A stretch of 64,000 nucleotides of DNA from Candidatus Saccharimonadales bacterium (GCA_034677945.1 JAXDCN010000069.1:4387-68386); one strand, 5' to 3'; positions 46,470 to 57,000 are shown, numbered from the stretch's first letter. The notes: generated from the letters alone by a model not told the origin. Translations and numbers: made by a program.

Positions 46470-46961
46470 GTGAAAACTTATCTGGCTGCAAGAAAAACAA
46501 ACGGCTTTGCGATGGTCGAATTGTTAATAGTCGTCATCGTGATAGGCGTTTTGTCTGTTATGGTTGCCAAATATTACGCCGGGTCGGTTGATTCGGTCAG
46601 TTTGACTAATACGACGAATAACACCAGTTCGAACGGTTCTTCGAATACATCGAACGCTTCGACTAACAAGCAAACGAAAGTTACTATCAGCCAAGCGGCA
46701 AACGGCGTCGTTTTGCAAACCGATCTGACAAATGCATCTAACCAATTAAAATTGTACTATGCAGAACATGGCGTCTATCCTGTAGCTATCGATTGCAATG
46801 TGACTCCTGTGGCCGATAGTATTTGCCTGAGGGCTAGTGGAGGCAATGTATTCACATACGAATCCGATTTACAGTCATTTCTACTTTCGGTTACTGACGG
46901 TGACGGTTTAAAGTGGCAAATTACTAACGATTCATCACCGTCGCTCGTCGAAACACCTTAA
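46470..46961 (+). CDS. Type IV pilin-like protein (prepilin N-terminal methylation motif)
   Basis: KTNGFAMVELLIVVIVIGVL carries the G/F cleavage site and Glu+5. An Asn/Ser/Thr-rich tract (NTTNNTSSNGSSNTSNASTN) follows. The start is GTG. Confidence 0.7.
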   Translation: MKTYLAARKTNGFAMVELLIVVIVIGVLSVMVAKYYAGSVDSVSLTNTTNNTSSNGSSNTSNASTNKQTKVTISQAANGVVLQTDLTNASNQLKLYYAEHGVYPVAIDCNVTPVADSICLRASGGNVFTYESDLQSFLLSVTDGDGLKWQITNDSSPSLVETP

Positions 46962-46978
46962 TCTGGACGTTTCGGCGC

Positions 46979-47007
46979 TTGCAAATTTGCGCTCAGTATG
47001 CTATTAT
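46979..47007 (+). promoter_or_regulatory. Sigma70-like promoter with an extended -10, upstream of the DEAD-box helicase
   Basis: TTGCAA (46979-46984), a 17-nt spacer, then TGcTATTAT (-10 at 47002-47007). It predicts a leader of about 130 nt. Confidence 0.55.
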
Positions 47008-47143
47008 TATGTTATTGCATTCATTGATGCCGGAGTCTCTTTCAAAGACGGGCGCACCATCGGTTATTTAGGCGCCATCACCGAAAATATTCTCTCGTTT
47101 TTCAAACTGCATACAGATACAAATTACAGAAAGGCTATTAAAT

Positions 47144-48352
47144 ATGGTTTATCGAAAAAGAGGCGGTTTTCGCCCAAATGCTGCCCGCCCTGGTTTCAGT
47201 CGCGGACGCAGCCGAAATGCTAGCAGAGGACCGATAAAAAAATATATCGATCCGGCTAAGTTTATTAATCGTGAGACTCCAAAAACCGAAGAGGTGCAGT
47301 ACGAATCAATAAATAAATTCTCTGATTTCTCTTTTGGGAATCAGCTTCAATATAATATCGCTAACAAAGGTTACGAGGTTACGACTTCGATTCAGGATCA
47401 GGCTATTGAACACATTCTGAAAGGCGAAGATGTCATCGGTATTGCAAATACCGGTACCGGCAAGACTGCCGCTTTCCTGTTGCCGATCATCGAACACCAG
47501 ACCGGCATATCACTTCACCCGGGCGTATTAATCGTGGCTCCGACCCGTGAACTTGCCCAACAGATTGATGAGGAATTCAGATCGTTCAGTGTCGGGCTTG
47601 GTTTGTACTCCGCGCTTGTCGTGGGTGGCGTTCCGGCTGAAAAACAAATCCGCGATTTAAAAAGACGCCCGCATTTCATTATCGGCACGCCAGGTCGAAT
47701 CAAGGATTTAATGAATCAACGTTACATAAAACTTGATAATATCAATACATTGGTACTCGATGAGGCCGACCGGATGCTCGACATGGGTTTTTTGCCTGAT
47801 ATTCGCGCTATCGTGAATGATATTCCGGACGACCGTCAAACCCTGCTATTCAGTGCTACGATTACGCCGGAAATTTCAGCGATCATCAATAATTTTACCA
47901 AGGACCCCGTAACGGTATCGGTCCGTACTAGCGAGACAAACGAGCATATTGAACAAGATGTCATCAAGGCTCGGGATAAGAGTCACAAAATCGAACTACT
48001 GACCGATATGTTACGCCAAGATGATTATGACAAAGTACTGATATTCGGCGAAACTAAATTCGGCGTTCAGCGGCTGAGCGATCACTTAGATAACCGCGGT
48101 ATTCCTTCGATTGCAATTCATGGCAACAAAAGCCAATCCCAACGCCAACGCGCCTTGAAACAATTCAAGGACGGACAAGTACGAGTCATGGTGGCGACTG
48201 ACGTTGCTGCCAGGGGACTTGATATCCCGAACGTGTCGCATGTAATCAACTTTGATACGCCGAAATGCTACGAGGACTACATCCACCGTATTGGTCGCAC
48301 CGGCCGCGGCGGCGCATCAGGTTTTGCATATACCTTCGTTGACGTCAGGTAA
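47144..48352 (+). CDS. DEAD-box ATP-dependent RNA helicase
   Basis: A Q-motif region, AxTGTGKT, PTRELA, DEAD, SAT and HRIGRTGRGG. The N-terminal tail is Arg-rich. Confidence 0.92.
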   Translation: MVYRKRGGFRPNAARPGFSRGRSRNASRGPIKKYIDPAKFINRETPKTEEVQYESINKFSDFSFGNQLQYNIANKGYEVTTSIQDQAIEHILKGEDVIGIANTGTGKTAAFLLPIIEHQTGISLHPGVLIVAPTRELAQQIDEEFRSFSVGLGLYSALVVGGVPAEKQIRDLKRRPHFIIGTPGRIKDLMNQRYIKLDNINTLVLDEADRMLDMGFLPDIRAIVNDIPDDRQTLLFSATITPEISAIINNFTKDPVTVSVRTSETNEHIEQDVIKARDKSHKIELLTDMLRQDDYDKVLIFGETKFGVQRLSDHLDNRGIPSIAIHGNKSQSQRQRALKQFKDGQVRVMVATDVAARGLDIPNVSHVINFDTPKCYEDYIHRIGRTGRGGASGFAYTFVDVR

Positions 48353-48371
48353 AGCAATTATCGGAAGTTTC

Positions 48372-48406
48372 AAAGGGGTTGGTCGTTTCGGGCCAACCCC
48401 TTTTTA
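48372..48406 (+). terminator. Rho-independent terminator
   Basis: AAAGGGGTTGG pairs with CCAACCCCTTT around a 10-nt loop and runs into TTTTT. Confidence 0.8.
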
Positions 48407-48443
48407 TGTGCGAATCATGGTACAAACTTGCAGGTAATTAGTC

Positions 48444-48449
48444 TATAAT
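48444..48449 (+). promoter_or_regulatory. -10 element 7 nt upstream of the second gatC ATG (leaderless geometry)
   Basis: TATAAT at 48444-48449, then ATG at 48457. No SD precedes either ATG. Confidence 0.35.
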
Positions 48450-48456
48450 GTTATTT

Positions 48457-48747
48457 ATGGCAAAAATATCCCGTGATGATGTGCAATATTTAGCACAGCT
48501 TTCCAGCTTGGAATTAAATGACAGCGAAATCGATAAGCTTCAGATAGATATAGGCAATATTTTAGGTTACGTCGAACAGTTGGGCGAGCTTGATACTAGC
48601 GGCGTCGAACCGACTTACCAAGTTACAGGTCTAGAAAACGTCTGGCGGGATGATGAAATTATCAATTACAATGTTAGCCGCGAAGAGCTTCTTTCAAGAG
48701 CACCGGAGGCTGCAGATAACCAGATCAAAGTACCCAAGGTATTATAG
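48457..48747 (+). CDS. gatC: Asp/Glu-tRNA amidotransferase subunit C
   Basis: MAKISRDDVQYLAQLSSLEL...EPTYQV is typical of GatC. The track start at 48448 is 3 codons longer. Confidence 0.9.
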   Translation: MAKISRDDVQYLAQLSSLELNDSEIDKLQIDIGNILGYVEQLGELDTSGVEPTYQVTGLENVWRDDEIINYNVSREELLSRAPEAADNQIKVPKVL

Positions 48748-48749
48748 AA

Positions 48750-50132
48750 ATGACTATCTCTGAAACATTAGACAAGATTAAAGCTGCCTCGGCCCGAGCT
48801 GTAGTCGAAGGTGCGATTAAACAGGCTAAGGAAAAAGCTGAATATCACGCATTACTAGCATTGACGGAAGAAAGGGCGTTAAAACGCGCCGACGAGGTTG
48901 ATAAAGGACAGATAACTGGTCGTTTGGCCGGCGTACCGTTCGTGGTCAAAGACAATTTTTTGGCATTCGGCGCCCCTACGACGGCAGCCAGTAAAATACT
49001 CGAAAATTTTGACGCGCCTCTGCAGGCGACGGCGGTTGCTAAACTTGAAGCCGAGGGCGCGATTTGTATCGGTAAAGCCAATTTGGACGCTTTTGCTCAC
49101 GGTGGCAGTACTGAGAATTCAGCTTTCGGACCGACGATGAATGCTTACGATAGAACCAGGGTAGCCGGCGGCAGCAGCGGCGGCTCAGCCGTTTTTACGG
49201 CGCTAGGCGTAGTGCCTTTTGCGCTTGGAAGTGACACAGGCGGTTCTATTCGTCAACCGGCTAGTTTTAATGGCGTCGTCGGCGTCAAACCGACATATGG
49301 AACGGTCAGCCGTTATGGTGTGGCCGCGATGGCCAGTAGCACTGACACGATCGGGCCTCTTACTAGCAACGTCGCTGACGCCGAGCTGATTATGGACATT
49401 ATTGCCGGCAAAGACGAACGCGATATGACGACCTTACCCGATTTTTTCCATATCGAGTCCAAACCTAAGGCAGGACAAAAAATCGGTTTGATAAAAGATT
49501 TTATGACTGACGACGTCGATGCCGAAGTTCGCGAACACGTCAACCAGTATGTCGTGAAACTGCGCTCCGGCGGTCATACAGTCGAAGAAGTAGAGCTGCC
49601 GATGGTCAAATACGCCCTAGCGATATATTACATCGTGGTACCTGCGGAAATCAGCAGCAATCTGGCGCGATATGATGGTATCAGGTACGGATATCGTGCG
49701 GATAAGCCAAAGACACTGGCCGAATTATACGGTCGCAGCCGCGGTGAAGGTTTTGAAACCGAAAACAAACGGCGCATTATGATTGGAAGCTACGTACTTT
49801 CGAGCGGTTTTTTTGATGCTTATTATTTGCAGGCTCAAAAAGCCCGGACGCTTTTGATAAACGAGTTTAATAATTTATTTTCGAAATATGATTGTTTGAT
49901 CGGGCCGGTTGCTCCGTCGACGGCATTCAAGTTAGGCGAGAATACGGCCGATCCGATACAAATGTACCTGGAAGATATTATGACGGTACCGGCGTCACTG
50001 GCAGGTTTGCCTGCGATCAGCGTACCGGCTGGGTTAAATTCTGCCGGATTGCCAATCGGCGTGCAATTGATTGGACCGGGGCGAAGCGACGCTATGTTGT
50101 TGGCGCTGGCGCGCGAGCAGGAGAGTAAATGA
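48750..50132 (+). CDS. gatA: Asp/Glu-tRNA amidotransferase subunit A
   Basis: The amidase signature is GGSSGGSA...GSDTGGSIRQPA. Confidence 0.95.
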   Translation: MTISETLDKIKAASARAVVEGAIKQAKEKAEYHALLALTEERALKRADEVDKGQITGRLAGVPFVVKDNFLAFGAPTTAASKILENFDAPLQATAVAKLEAEGAICIGKANLDAFAHGGSTENSAFGPTMNAYDRTRVAGGSSGGSAVFTALGVVPFALGSDTGGSIRQPASFNGVVGVKPTYGTVSRYGVAAMASSTDTIGPLTSNVADAELIMDIIAGKDERDMTTLPDFFHIESKPKAGQKIGLIKDFMTDDVDAEVREHVNQYVVKLRSGGHTVEEVELPMVKYALAIYYIVVPAEISSNLARYDGIRYGYRADKPKTLAELYGRSRGEGFETENKRRIMIGSYVLSSGFFDAYYLQAQKARTLLINEFNNLFSKYDCLIGPVAPSTAFKLGENTADPIQMYLEDIMTVPASLAGLPAISVPAGLNSAGLPIGVQLIGPGRSDAMLLALAREQESK

Positions 50133-50551
50133 TGGATCAGACTGTAGTATTCTTTCTTGCTGGCATACTGATCGTGGCGGCTATAATACTAGCCTTGATT
50201 TGCGGTTCGAAAAAGGGAGTTAAGCGACTTGATGTCGAACGATATCGCGTTAGGTATCTGGCAATCGAAAACCAACTGAAACGCGACGAAGAATCAAGTC
50301 ATCACTTGGTGGTTATAAACGCAGACAAATTATTAGACCACGCCTTAAAGGATCGCGGTATTAAAGGCCAAACGATGGCCGAGAGAATGAAGCATGTGAA
50401 CGAATTATTCAGTGATAGCCGGGGTGTTTGGACAGCGCATAAATTACGCAACAAGATAGTTCATGAACCGGACGTAAAGGTCGGTTACGAAGAAGCTCGC
50501 CACGCGCTTTCAAACTTTAAAAAAGCACTAAAGGATCTAGGGGCAATCTGA
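50129..50551 (+). CDS. Membrane-anchored hypothetical protein with an Rx4H motif, embedded in the gat operon
   Basis: An N-terminal TM helix (VVFFLAGILIVAAIILALIC) precedes a helical domain containing AHKLRNKIVHE (R107-x4-H112). The gene has an ATGA overlap with gatA and a TGATG overlap with gatB. Confidence 0.7.
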   Translation: MMDQTVVFFLAGILIVAAIILALICGSKKGVKRLDVERYRVRYLAIENQLKRDEESSHHLVVINADKLLDHALKDRGIKGQTMAERMKHVNELFSDSRGVWTAHKLRNKIVHEPDVKVGYEEARHALSNFKKALKDLGAI

Positions 50552-52026
50552 TGATAAACGATGAAATACTCGAAAAGTACGACGTCACGGTTGGCATCGA
50601 ATGCCACGTGCAACTGGCGACGGCGACAAAGCTATTTAGCGGTGCTGATAACGATGCCAGGGAAAAATCGCCTAACAGTGTCGTCAGCCCGATTGACTTC
50701 GCCCTGCCGGGTATGCTCCCTGTTCTGAACCGTAAGGCCGTTGATTTGGCCGTCAGAGCAGGCAAAGCCTTAAACAGCAAGATAGCTAGCATCAGCCGAT
50801 TCGACAGGAAACATTATTTTTATCCGGACTTGCCCAAGGGTTATCAAATCTCTCAGATGTATCAGCCGATTATCGGGCCGGGTTTAATAGAGGCACCGCT
50901 TGAGGACGGCGGTTCGGTAAAAGTCCGTATCAATCATGCGCATATGGAAGAAGACGCCGGCAAATTAACTCACCATGGTGATTATAGCCTGGTCGATCTG
51001 AATCGCGCCGGTACGCCGCTGATTGAAATCGTGTCCGAACCGGATATCCATTCGGCCGCCGAAGCTAAGGCTTATGCCAGGGAATTGTATCTGTTGATGA
51101 CTTATTCGGGCGTAACCTTGGGTGATTTATATCACGGCAATATGAGATTCGATGTCAACGTGTCGGTTGCTAAAAAGGGAGTGCCAGAATTGGGCACGCG
51201 TGCCGAAGTCAAAAACCTTAATTCGTTCAGAAGCGTCGAAAGGGCGGTCGATTTTGAATTCCGACGCCAAGTCGAGCTAATTGAGCGCGGCGAAAAAATC
51301 GTTCAGGAAACCAGAGGTTGGGACGAAGCCAAACAAAAGACAACCAGCCAGCGAAGCAAGGAAAATGCTCAGGATTACAGATACATGCCCGATGCCGATA
51401 TTCCGCCGATTGTTTTGTCCGAACAGGAAATTGCCGCGATTCAAACCGATATGCCGATGCTACCGGGCGAGTGGCGCAAGATGCTAAGGGGTCTGGGCTT
51501 GGATTTTGCTCAGACCGAAACGTTGATTGATGCCCAGAACGAATATCGCGGCAAGATTGATATCCTAGACATGATTAAGTCAGAGATTGATGATTCCAAA
51601 AAGGCCAAATTCATCGCTAATTGGAACGTCAATGTGTTTATCCCGTTGCTGCGTGAAGAATCGTTTAATATTGGCAAAATCGATTACTTGGTTCTCGAAA
51701 CTAATATTTATGAACTAATACTACAAGATAAGCTAAGCTCGACGAACGCAAAGGCGTTATTCCGTGAACTTGTATCGGCAGATAGTTTGCCCGATATCGA
51801 AAAATTTGCCACCGAAAAGGGTTATATTCAGGTTAGTGATGACAGCTTGTTGGCGCAAATTGTCGACGAAGTACTGGCGGACCAGACTTGTCAAAAAGCC
51901 GTCAGTGACTTTAGAAGCGGCAACGAAAAAGTCATCGGATTCCTTGTCGGTCAAGTGATGAAAAAATCAAACGGCAAAGCCAACCCGGCTTTGGCACAAA
52001 AAATTTTAAGGGAAAGGATCAAATAA
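50551..52026 (+). CDS. gatB: Asp/Glu-tRNA amidotransferase subunit B
   Basis: GIECHVQL, FDRKHYFYPDLPKGYQISQ, and a C-terminal YqeY-like tail. Confidence 0.95.
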   Translation: MINDEILEKYDVTVGIECHVQLATATKLFSGADNDAREKSPNSVVSPIDFALPGMLPVLNRKAVDLAVRAGKALNSKIASISRFDRKHYFYPDLPKGYQISQMYQPIIGPGLIEAPLEDGGSVKVRINHAHMEEDAGKLTHHGDYSLVDLNRAGTPLIEIVSEPDIHSAAEAKAYARELYLLMTYSGVTLGDLYHGNMRFDVNVSVAKKGVPELGTRAEVKNLNSFRSVERAVDFEFRRQVELIERGEKIVQETRGWDEAKQKTTSQRSKENAQDYRYMPDADIPPIVLSEQEIAAIQTDMPMLPGEWRKMLRGLGLDFAQTETLIDAQNEYRGKIDILDMIKSEIDDSKKAKFIANWNVNVFIPLLREESFNIGKIDYLVLETNIYELILQDKLSSTNAKALFRELVSADSLPDIEKFATEKGYIQVSDDSLLAQIVDEVLADQTCQKAVSDFRSGNEKVIGFLVGQVMKKSNGKANPALAQKILRERIK

Positions 52027-52029
52027 AAA

Positions 52030-52911
52030 ATGAAACAACCAACCAAAGCTATTATTTGCGCCGCCGGACTTGGGACCAGGTTTTTGCCTCAAACCAAAGC
52101 CATGCCAAAAGAAATGCTGCCCATCATCGACAAACCGGTCATCCAGCTGGTCGTCGAAGAAGCAGTTGCGGCCGGTGTGACCGAAATAATCATTGTTACC
52201 GGCAGTACCAAACGTTCGATCGAAGATCATTTTGATAGAAGCGACGAGCTAGAGGCTGAACTGCGCGAAAAGGGCAAAGGCGAGATTGCCGAACGGATCA
52301 AGGCGATTGCCGAGCTGGCCAATTTCGTATATGTCCGCCAAAAAGGTTCGCCGAAAGGCAATGCTCGCCCGGTATTGAACGCGCAGCATCTAATTGACGA
52401 TGACGAGCCTTTCTTTGTGTTTTCGGCCGATGACTTTTTCACCGGCGAAGTTCCCCGAGCAGTCCAGATGAAAGAAGCCTATAACAAAACCGGCAAATCC
52501 GTTATCTGTCTGTACGAGATTGAACCTCATGAAGCCGATAAGTACGGCATGGCCGCTTTAGGTAACGATTTAGGTGGCGGTACTTTCGATGTAACACAGG
52601 TGTTGGAAAAACCGGGCGAGGCTAACCGCCCAAGCGACTATGCTTCGTTTATGGGATATTTGCTGACACCGGATATCTTCCCGATTCTTTCCAAAGAGCA
52701 GGTTGATAAAAAAGGTGAAATAACCCTGTCCGAGAATATTAACGTTCTCGCAAAACAAGACCGAGTTTGCGGCCAAGTCATAAAAGGCGTTTATCACGAC
52801 ACCGGCGATCCGGTCAAATATATCCAGACGGTCGTAGAGGTCGCGTTGGAGAATCCAAAATACGGCGAATCCTTTGCTGATTATTTGAAAGAACGTCTGA
52901 ACAAAAAATAA
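52030..52911 (+). CDS. galU: UTP--glucose-1-phosphate uridylyltransferase
   Basis: AAGLGTRFLPQTKAMPKEMLPIIDKP is the canonical N-terminal block. Confidence 0.9.
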   Translation: MKQPTKAIICAAGLGTRFLPQTKAMPKEMLPIIDKPVIQLVVEEAVAAGVTEIIIVTGSTKRSIEDHFDRSDELEAELREKGKGEIAERIKAIAELANFVYVRQKGSPKGNARPVLNAQHLIDDDEPFFVFSADDFFTGEVPRAVQMKEAYNKTGKSVICLYEIEPHEADKYGMAALGNDLGGGTFDVTQVLEKPGEANRPSDYASFMGYLLTPDIFPILSKEQVDKKGEITLSENINVLAKQDRVCGQVIKGVYHDTGDPVKYIQTVVEVALENPKYGESFADYLKERLNKK

Positions 52912-53008
52912 AGCCGACAAGGCAATAAGTTTGTTGATGAGGTAATTGAATAGTGCTACTATGTAAACATAGACAACTTGACGTATTAGTTACAGAAAGA
53001 AAATCAGC

Positions 53009-53272
53009 ATGAGCGCGGCATCGGAAATTCTAGTCATCATATTATCGGTGTTCCTGGCATTTTTCTTGATCCTGGCAATAATCTTGACTATATATCTGAT
53101 AATTTTGACGCGCCAAATCCGCAAGGTAACAAAATCTGCCGAAAGCACGTTTGATAATCTAGGCTCGATCGTAGAACGAATCAATAATGTGACTTCGCCT
53201 ATGATCGTAGCAAGCATGATTAAAAAATATGCTAAAAAATTTAAGAAAGCAACAGAGGAGAAAGAGGAATAA
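53009..53272 (+). CDS. Small membrane-anchored protein (DUF948-like)
   Basis: An N-terminal TM helix then a helical tail. Pairing with a downstream YtxH gene is the arrangement typical for DUF948/YtxH. Confidence 0.45.
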   Translation: MSAASEILVIILSVFLAFFLILAIILTIYLIILTRQIRKVTKSAESTFDNLGSIVERINNVTSPMIVASMIKKYAKKFKKATEEKEE

Positions 53273-53277
53273 AAACC

Positions 53278-53586
53278 ATGTCAAAGAAGAAATTTGCATT
53301 AGGAGCATTGTTCGGAGCCATAGCTGGGCTTGCCGCCGGACTGCTAACTGCACCGAAAAGCGGTAAAGAAACCCGTGCAGATATCAAGGCCAAAGCCGAG
53401 GACATCAAATCCGACTTGTCGAAAAAGGCCGAAAAAGTGTCTGCCGAGGCAGGTGATATTGCCGCCGACGTCAAGAACCGTGCCGAAGATTTAGTCAAGG
53501 AAGCAAAAGAAGGCGCCAGTGATTTGAAGGGTAGGACCGAACGCGCCGTAGAAGGTGCCAAAAAAGGTTTTTTTAGCAAAAAATAA
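53278..53586 (+). CDS. YtxH domain-containing protein
   Basis: GALFGAIAGLAAGLLTAPKSGKETR followed by a Lys/Glu/Ala-rich helix. SD GAGGAG. Confidence 0.75.
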   Translation: MSKKKFALGALFGAIAGLAAGLLTAPKSGKETRADIKAKAEDIKSDLSKKAEKVSAEAGDIAADVKNRAEDLVKEAKEGASDLKGRTERAVEGAKKGFFSKK

Positions 53587-53605
53587 GTAACGTTTTTAGA
53601 AAAAG

Positions 53606-53637
53606 TAGCACACTGCTTATGGTTAGTGTGCTATTTT
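53606..53637 (+). terminator. Rho-independent terminator
   Basis: TAGCACACT pairs with AGTGTGCTA around a 10-nt loop, followed by TTTT. Confidence 0.75.
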
Positions 53638-53654
53638 ATATGTAGGAGATTTTA

Positions 53655-53942
53655 ATGATCAGAAAAATCGGCAAAAAGATAGTAAAAAGGGCTACGAATA
53701 GTCAGGAACTTGGCGCTCGTCATCAGCTGATCGAAGAACTATTCTACGATTTTCACCGTAATCGCCACATGGTCTATAAAGTTAATTTCATACGCGGGAT
53801 ATGCTTTGGATTCGGGACCGTGCTAGGAGGTACGGTCGTTGTCGCGTTCATTATTTGGGTTCTGGCCCAATTCGCAGGTTGGTTTCCTCCGATAGGTGAT
53901 TATATCAACCAGATAATCGACGCGATGCAACATTCCCGATAG
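53655..53942 (+). CDS. Small membrane protein (DUF5665-like)
   Basis: FIRGICFGFGTVLGGTVVVAFIIWVL block. 95 aa. Confidence 0.45.
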   Translation: MIRKIGKKIVKRATNSQELGARHQLIEELFYDFHRNRHMVYKVNFIRGICFGFGTVLGGTVVVAFIIWVLAQFAGWFPPIGDYINQIIDAMQHSR

Positions 53943-54009
53943 ACGCCGTCATTTGGTTGTATTTACTACATATCTTAAGAGTTGAAATTAGGTATAATAG
54001 AAGCTGTAT

Positions 54010-57000
54010 ATGGGGGTTCAAGCGAATAAATCTACTGGCAAAAAAATCCAGTTGGCGCCGTCGGATTATGTACATTTACATAATCACACGCACCATAGTT
54101 TGCTTGATGGCTTGACGAAAATTCCCGATTTGGTCAACAAGGTTAAAGAAATGGGTATGGAAGCTGTGGCTGTAACCGACCATGGTACTATGTCCGGAGC
54201 GATTGAATTTTATAAGGCTGCGACCGAAGCCGGCATCAAACCGATAATCGGTATGGAGGCATATATTGCCGCTCGCTCAAGACATGACCGCGACCCGTCC
54301 AAAGATAAAGCCAGATATCATTTGACTATATTGGCGATGAATAATCAGGGCTACCAGAACTTGATGAAGCTTAGTTCGATAGCGAACCTGGAAGGTATGT
54401 ATTATAAACCTAGGATTGACCGCGAGATTATCGAAAAATATAACGAAGGCCTGATTATATTATCCGGGTGTTCCAGTAGTGAATTAGGCGAGAGTCTGCG
54501 CATTGATGACTATGAAACCGCTAAAGAGATTGCCGTCTGGTATAAATCGATTTTCGGCGATCGGTATTATCTAGAAATGCAAAACCATGACTGGGATGTC
54601 CAAATCAAAGTCAATAATTATTTACAAAAACTGTCAGCCGAACTCGATATTCCGTTAGTGGTCAGTAATGATGGCCACTATTTGGTCCATGACGACCAGG
54701 AAGCCCACGAGATACTGTTATGCGTCGGCACCGGCGCGTATTTAAGCGACGAAGACCGCATGACATTAAAGCAGTTCGATCTTCATGTGACCGATCCGCT
54801 TGAAATAATTAAAAAATGGGGCAAAGACAACGCCGAAGCTATTCTGAATACCAAGCGGATTGCCGACCGCTGCAATGTGGAGCTTGATTTAGGCGGCATA
54901 TTGATTCCGACATTTCCGACGCCGGATGGCAAAAGCGAAAAATCGTATTTGGACGAATTGGTCTACAGGGGATTAGCTTGGCGCTACGGTGACTTGGAGC
55001 GTGATCAAATAGGTGATTTGTCTATTGATGAAGCCAAAAAACATATTCCGGAAGAGGTGTTAGAACGCGCCGAGTACGAACTTGGCGTGATTGACGGCAT
55101 GGGATTTAACGGCTATTTCTTGATCGTCCAGGATTTCATTAATTGGGGCAAGGATCAGGGTATAATTTTTGGACCTGGCCGCGGCAGCGCAGCCGGTTCG
55201 ATTATCGCGTATTCGTTGCGCATCACCGAACTGGATCCGCTAGTCTATGATTTGCTGTTCGAGCGATTTTTGAACCCGGATCGCATCAGTATGCCTGACG
55301 TCGATATTGATATCCAGGATACCAGGCGTGACGAAGTGATTGCCTATTGCACTCAAAAATATGGCGAAGGCCGAGTGGCCAATATCGTGACTTTCGGCAA
55401 AATGGCAGCCCGGGCGGCTGTCAGGGATGTTGCAAGGGTGCTGCAAGTACCCTACGCCGAGGCCGACCGCTTATCAAAAATGATTCCACCGCCGGTTCAA
55501 GGTAAACACATACCGCTAAAAGTCAGCGTCGATAAAGACCCTGACCTTAAAAACGAATACGACACAAACCCGACAGCTAAAACGGTAATCGATTACGCGA
55601 TCAGACTGGAAGGCACGATTCGGTCGCACGGCGTTCATGCCGCCGGCGTCGTAATTGCGCCTGATGATATCGTCAAATATATACCGCTTGAAATCGCACA
55701 AAAAGGCGTCGTATCAACACAATACCCGATGGGTCCGGTCGAAGATCTGGGGCTGTTAAAAATGGACTTTTTAGGTCTTTCAAACCTTACGACGATTAAT
55801 AACGCGCTCCGAATTATCAAAAAGGTAAATCACACCAAAATCAAACTTGACGAACTGCCGCTTGATGACGGAAAAACCTACGAATTGTTACAGCGCGGTG
55901 ACACTACTGGCGTATTTCAGTTAGAGTCTGCCGGCATGAAACGATATTTGCGCGAATTAAAACCGTCGGTTTTTGACGATATTATTGCCATGGTCGCTTT
56001 GTATCGTCCAGGTCCGATGCAATTTATCGATAGTTTTATCAAGCGTAAGCACGGCAAAGAAACGATATCTTATTTGCACCCGAAATTTGAAAACGCGCTC
56101 AAGGAAACCTATGGCATTTTAGTCTATCAAGAGCAATTCATGCAGATATCAAAGGAGTTTGCCGGTTTTACGGGCGGTCAGGCCGATACTTTGCGTAAGG
56201 CCGTCGGCAAAAAGAAAATCGATTTGATGCGCAAAGTCAAAGCCGACTTCGTCGAAGGCGCCGTAAAAACCAGCGGAGCCGATCCGAAGCTGGCCGAAGA
56301 GTTTTGGGCCCAACTGGAAGAATTCGCGAATTATTGTTTCAATAAATCGCATGCCGCCTGTTACGGACTGATCAGTTATTGGACTGCATATTTGAAGGCG
56401 CACTACCCAGAGGCCTTCATGGCGGCATTAATGACCAGCGACCAGGGTGATATCGACAGGTTGGCAATCGAAATCAGTGAATGTAAACGTATGGGCATCA
56501 AGGTGCTGCCGCCGGATGTCAACGAAGGTTTCGTGGAATTCGCAGTTGTTCCCGGTAAAAAAGAAATCAGGTTCGGTATGGCTGCCGTCAAAGGCGTCGG
56601 TGTCGGTGCAGTCGAAGAAATATTACGCGCCCGCGAAGATGGCAAGTTCAAAAGCGTCGAAGACTTTGCTAAACGGGTTTCGACTAGCCGCTTCAATAAA
56701 AAAGCCTGGGAGTCATTAATCAGGTCCGGCGGTTTTGACAGCCTGGCGGACAGATCGGATTTGCTGTTCAATTTGGATACCATCCAAGCTTTTGCCAGCA
56801 AACTACAAAAAGAAGCTTTAAGCGGCCAGACCGACTTGTTCGGCGGTCTGAATGATTTAGCGCATATTCACCCGACCGTGACGCTTTCACCTTCGCCAAT
56901 CAAACATACTGATAAGGAAAGGCTTGCATGGGAACGTGAACTGCTGGGGCTATACATTAGTTCTCATCCGCTTGATAATTATGATGTATATTTCGAAGAA

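Noticed and set aside
46987-47223. 78-aa ORF overlapping the helicase leader and start.
   Set aside because: It starts within or near the promoter -10, has no SD, and overlaps the N-terminus of the DEAD-box gene out of frame.
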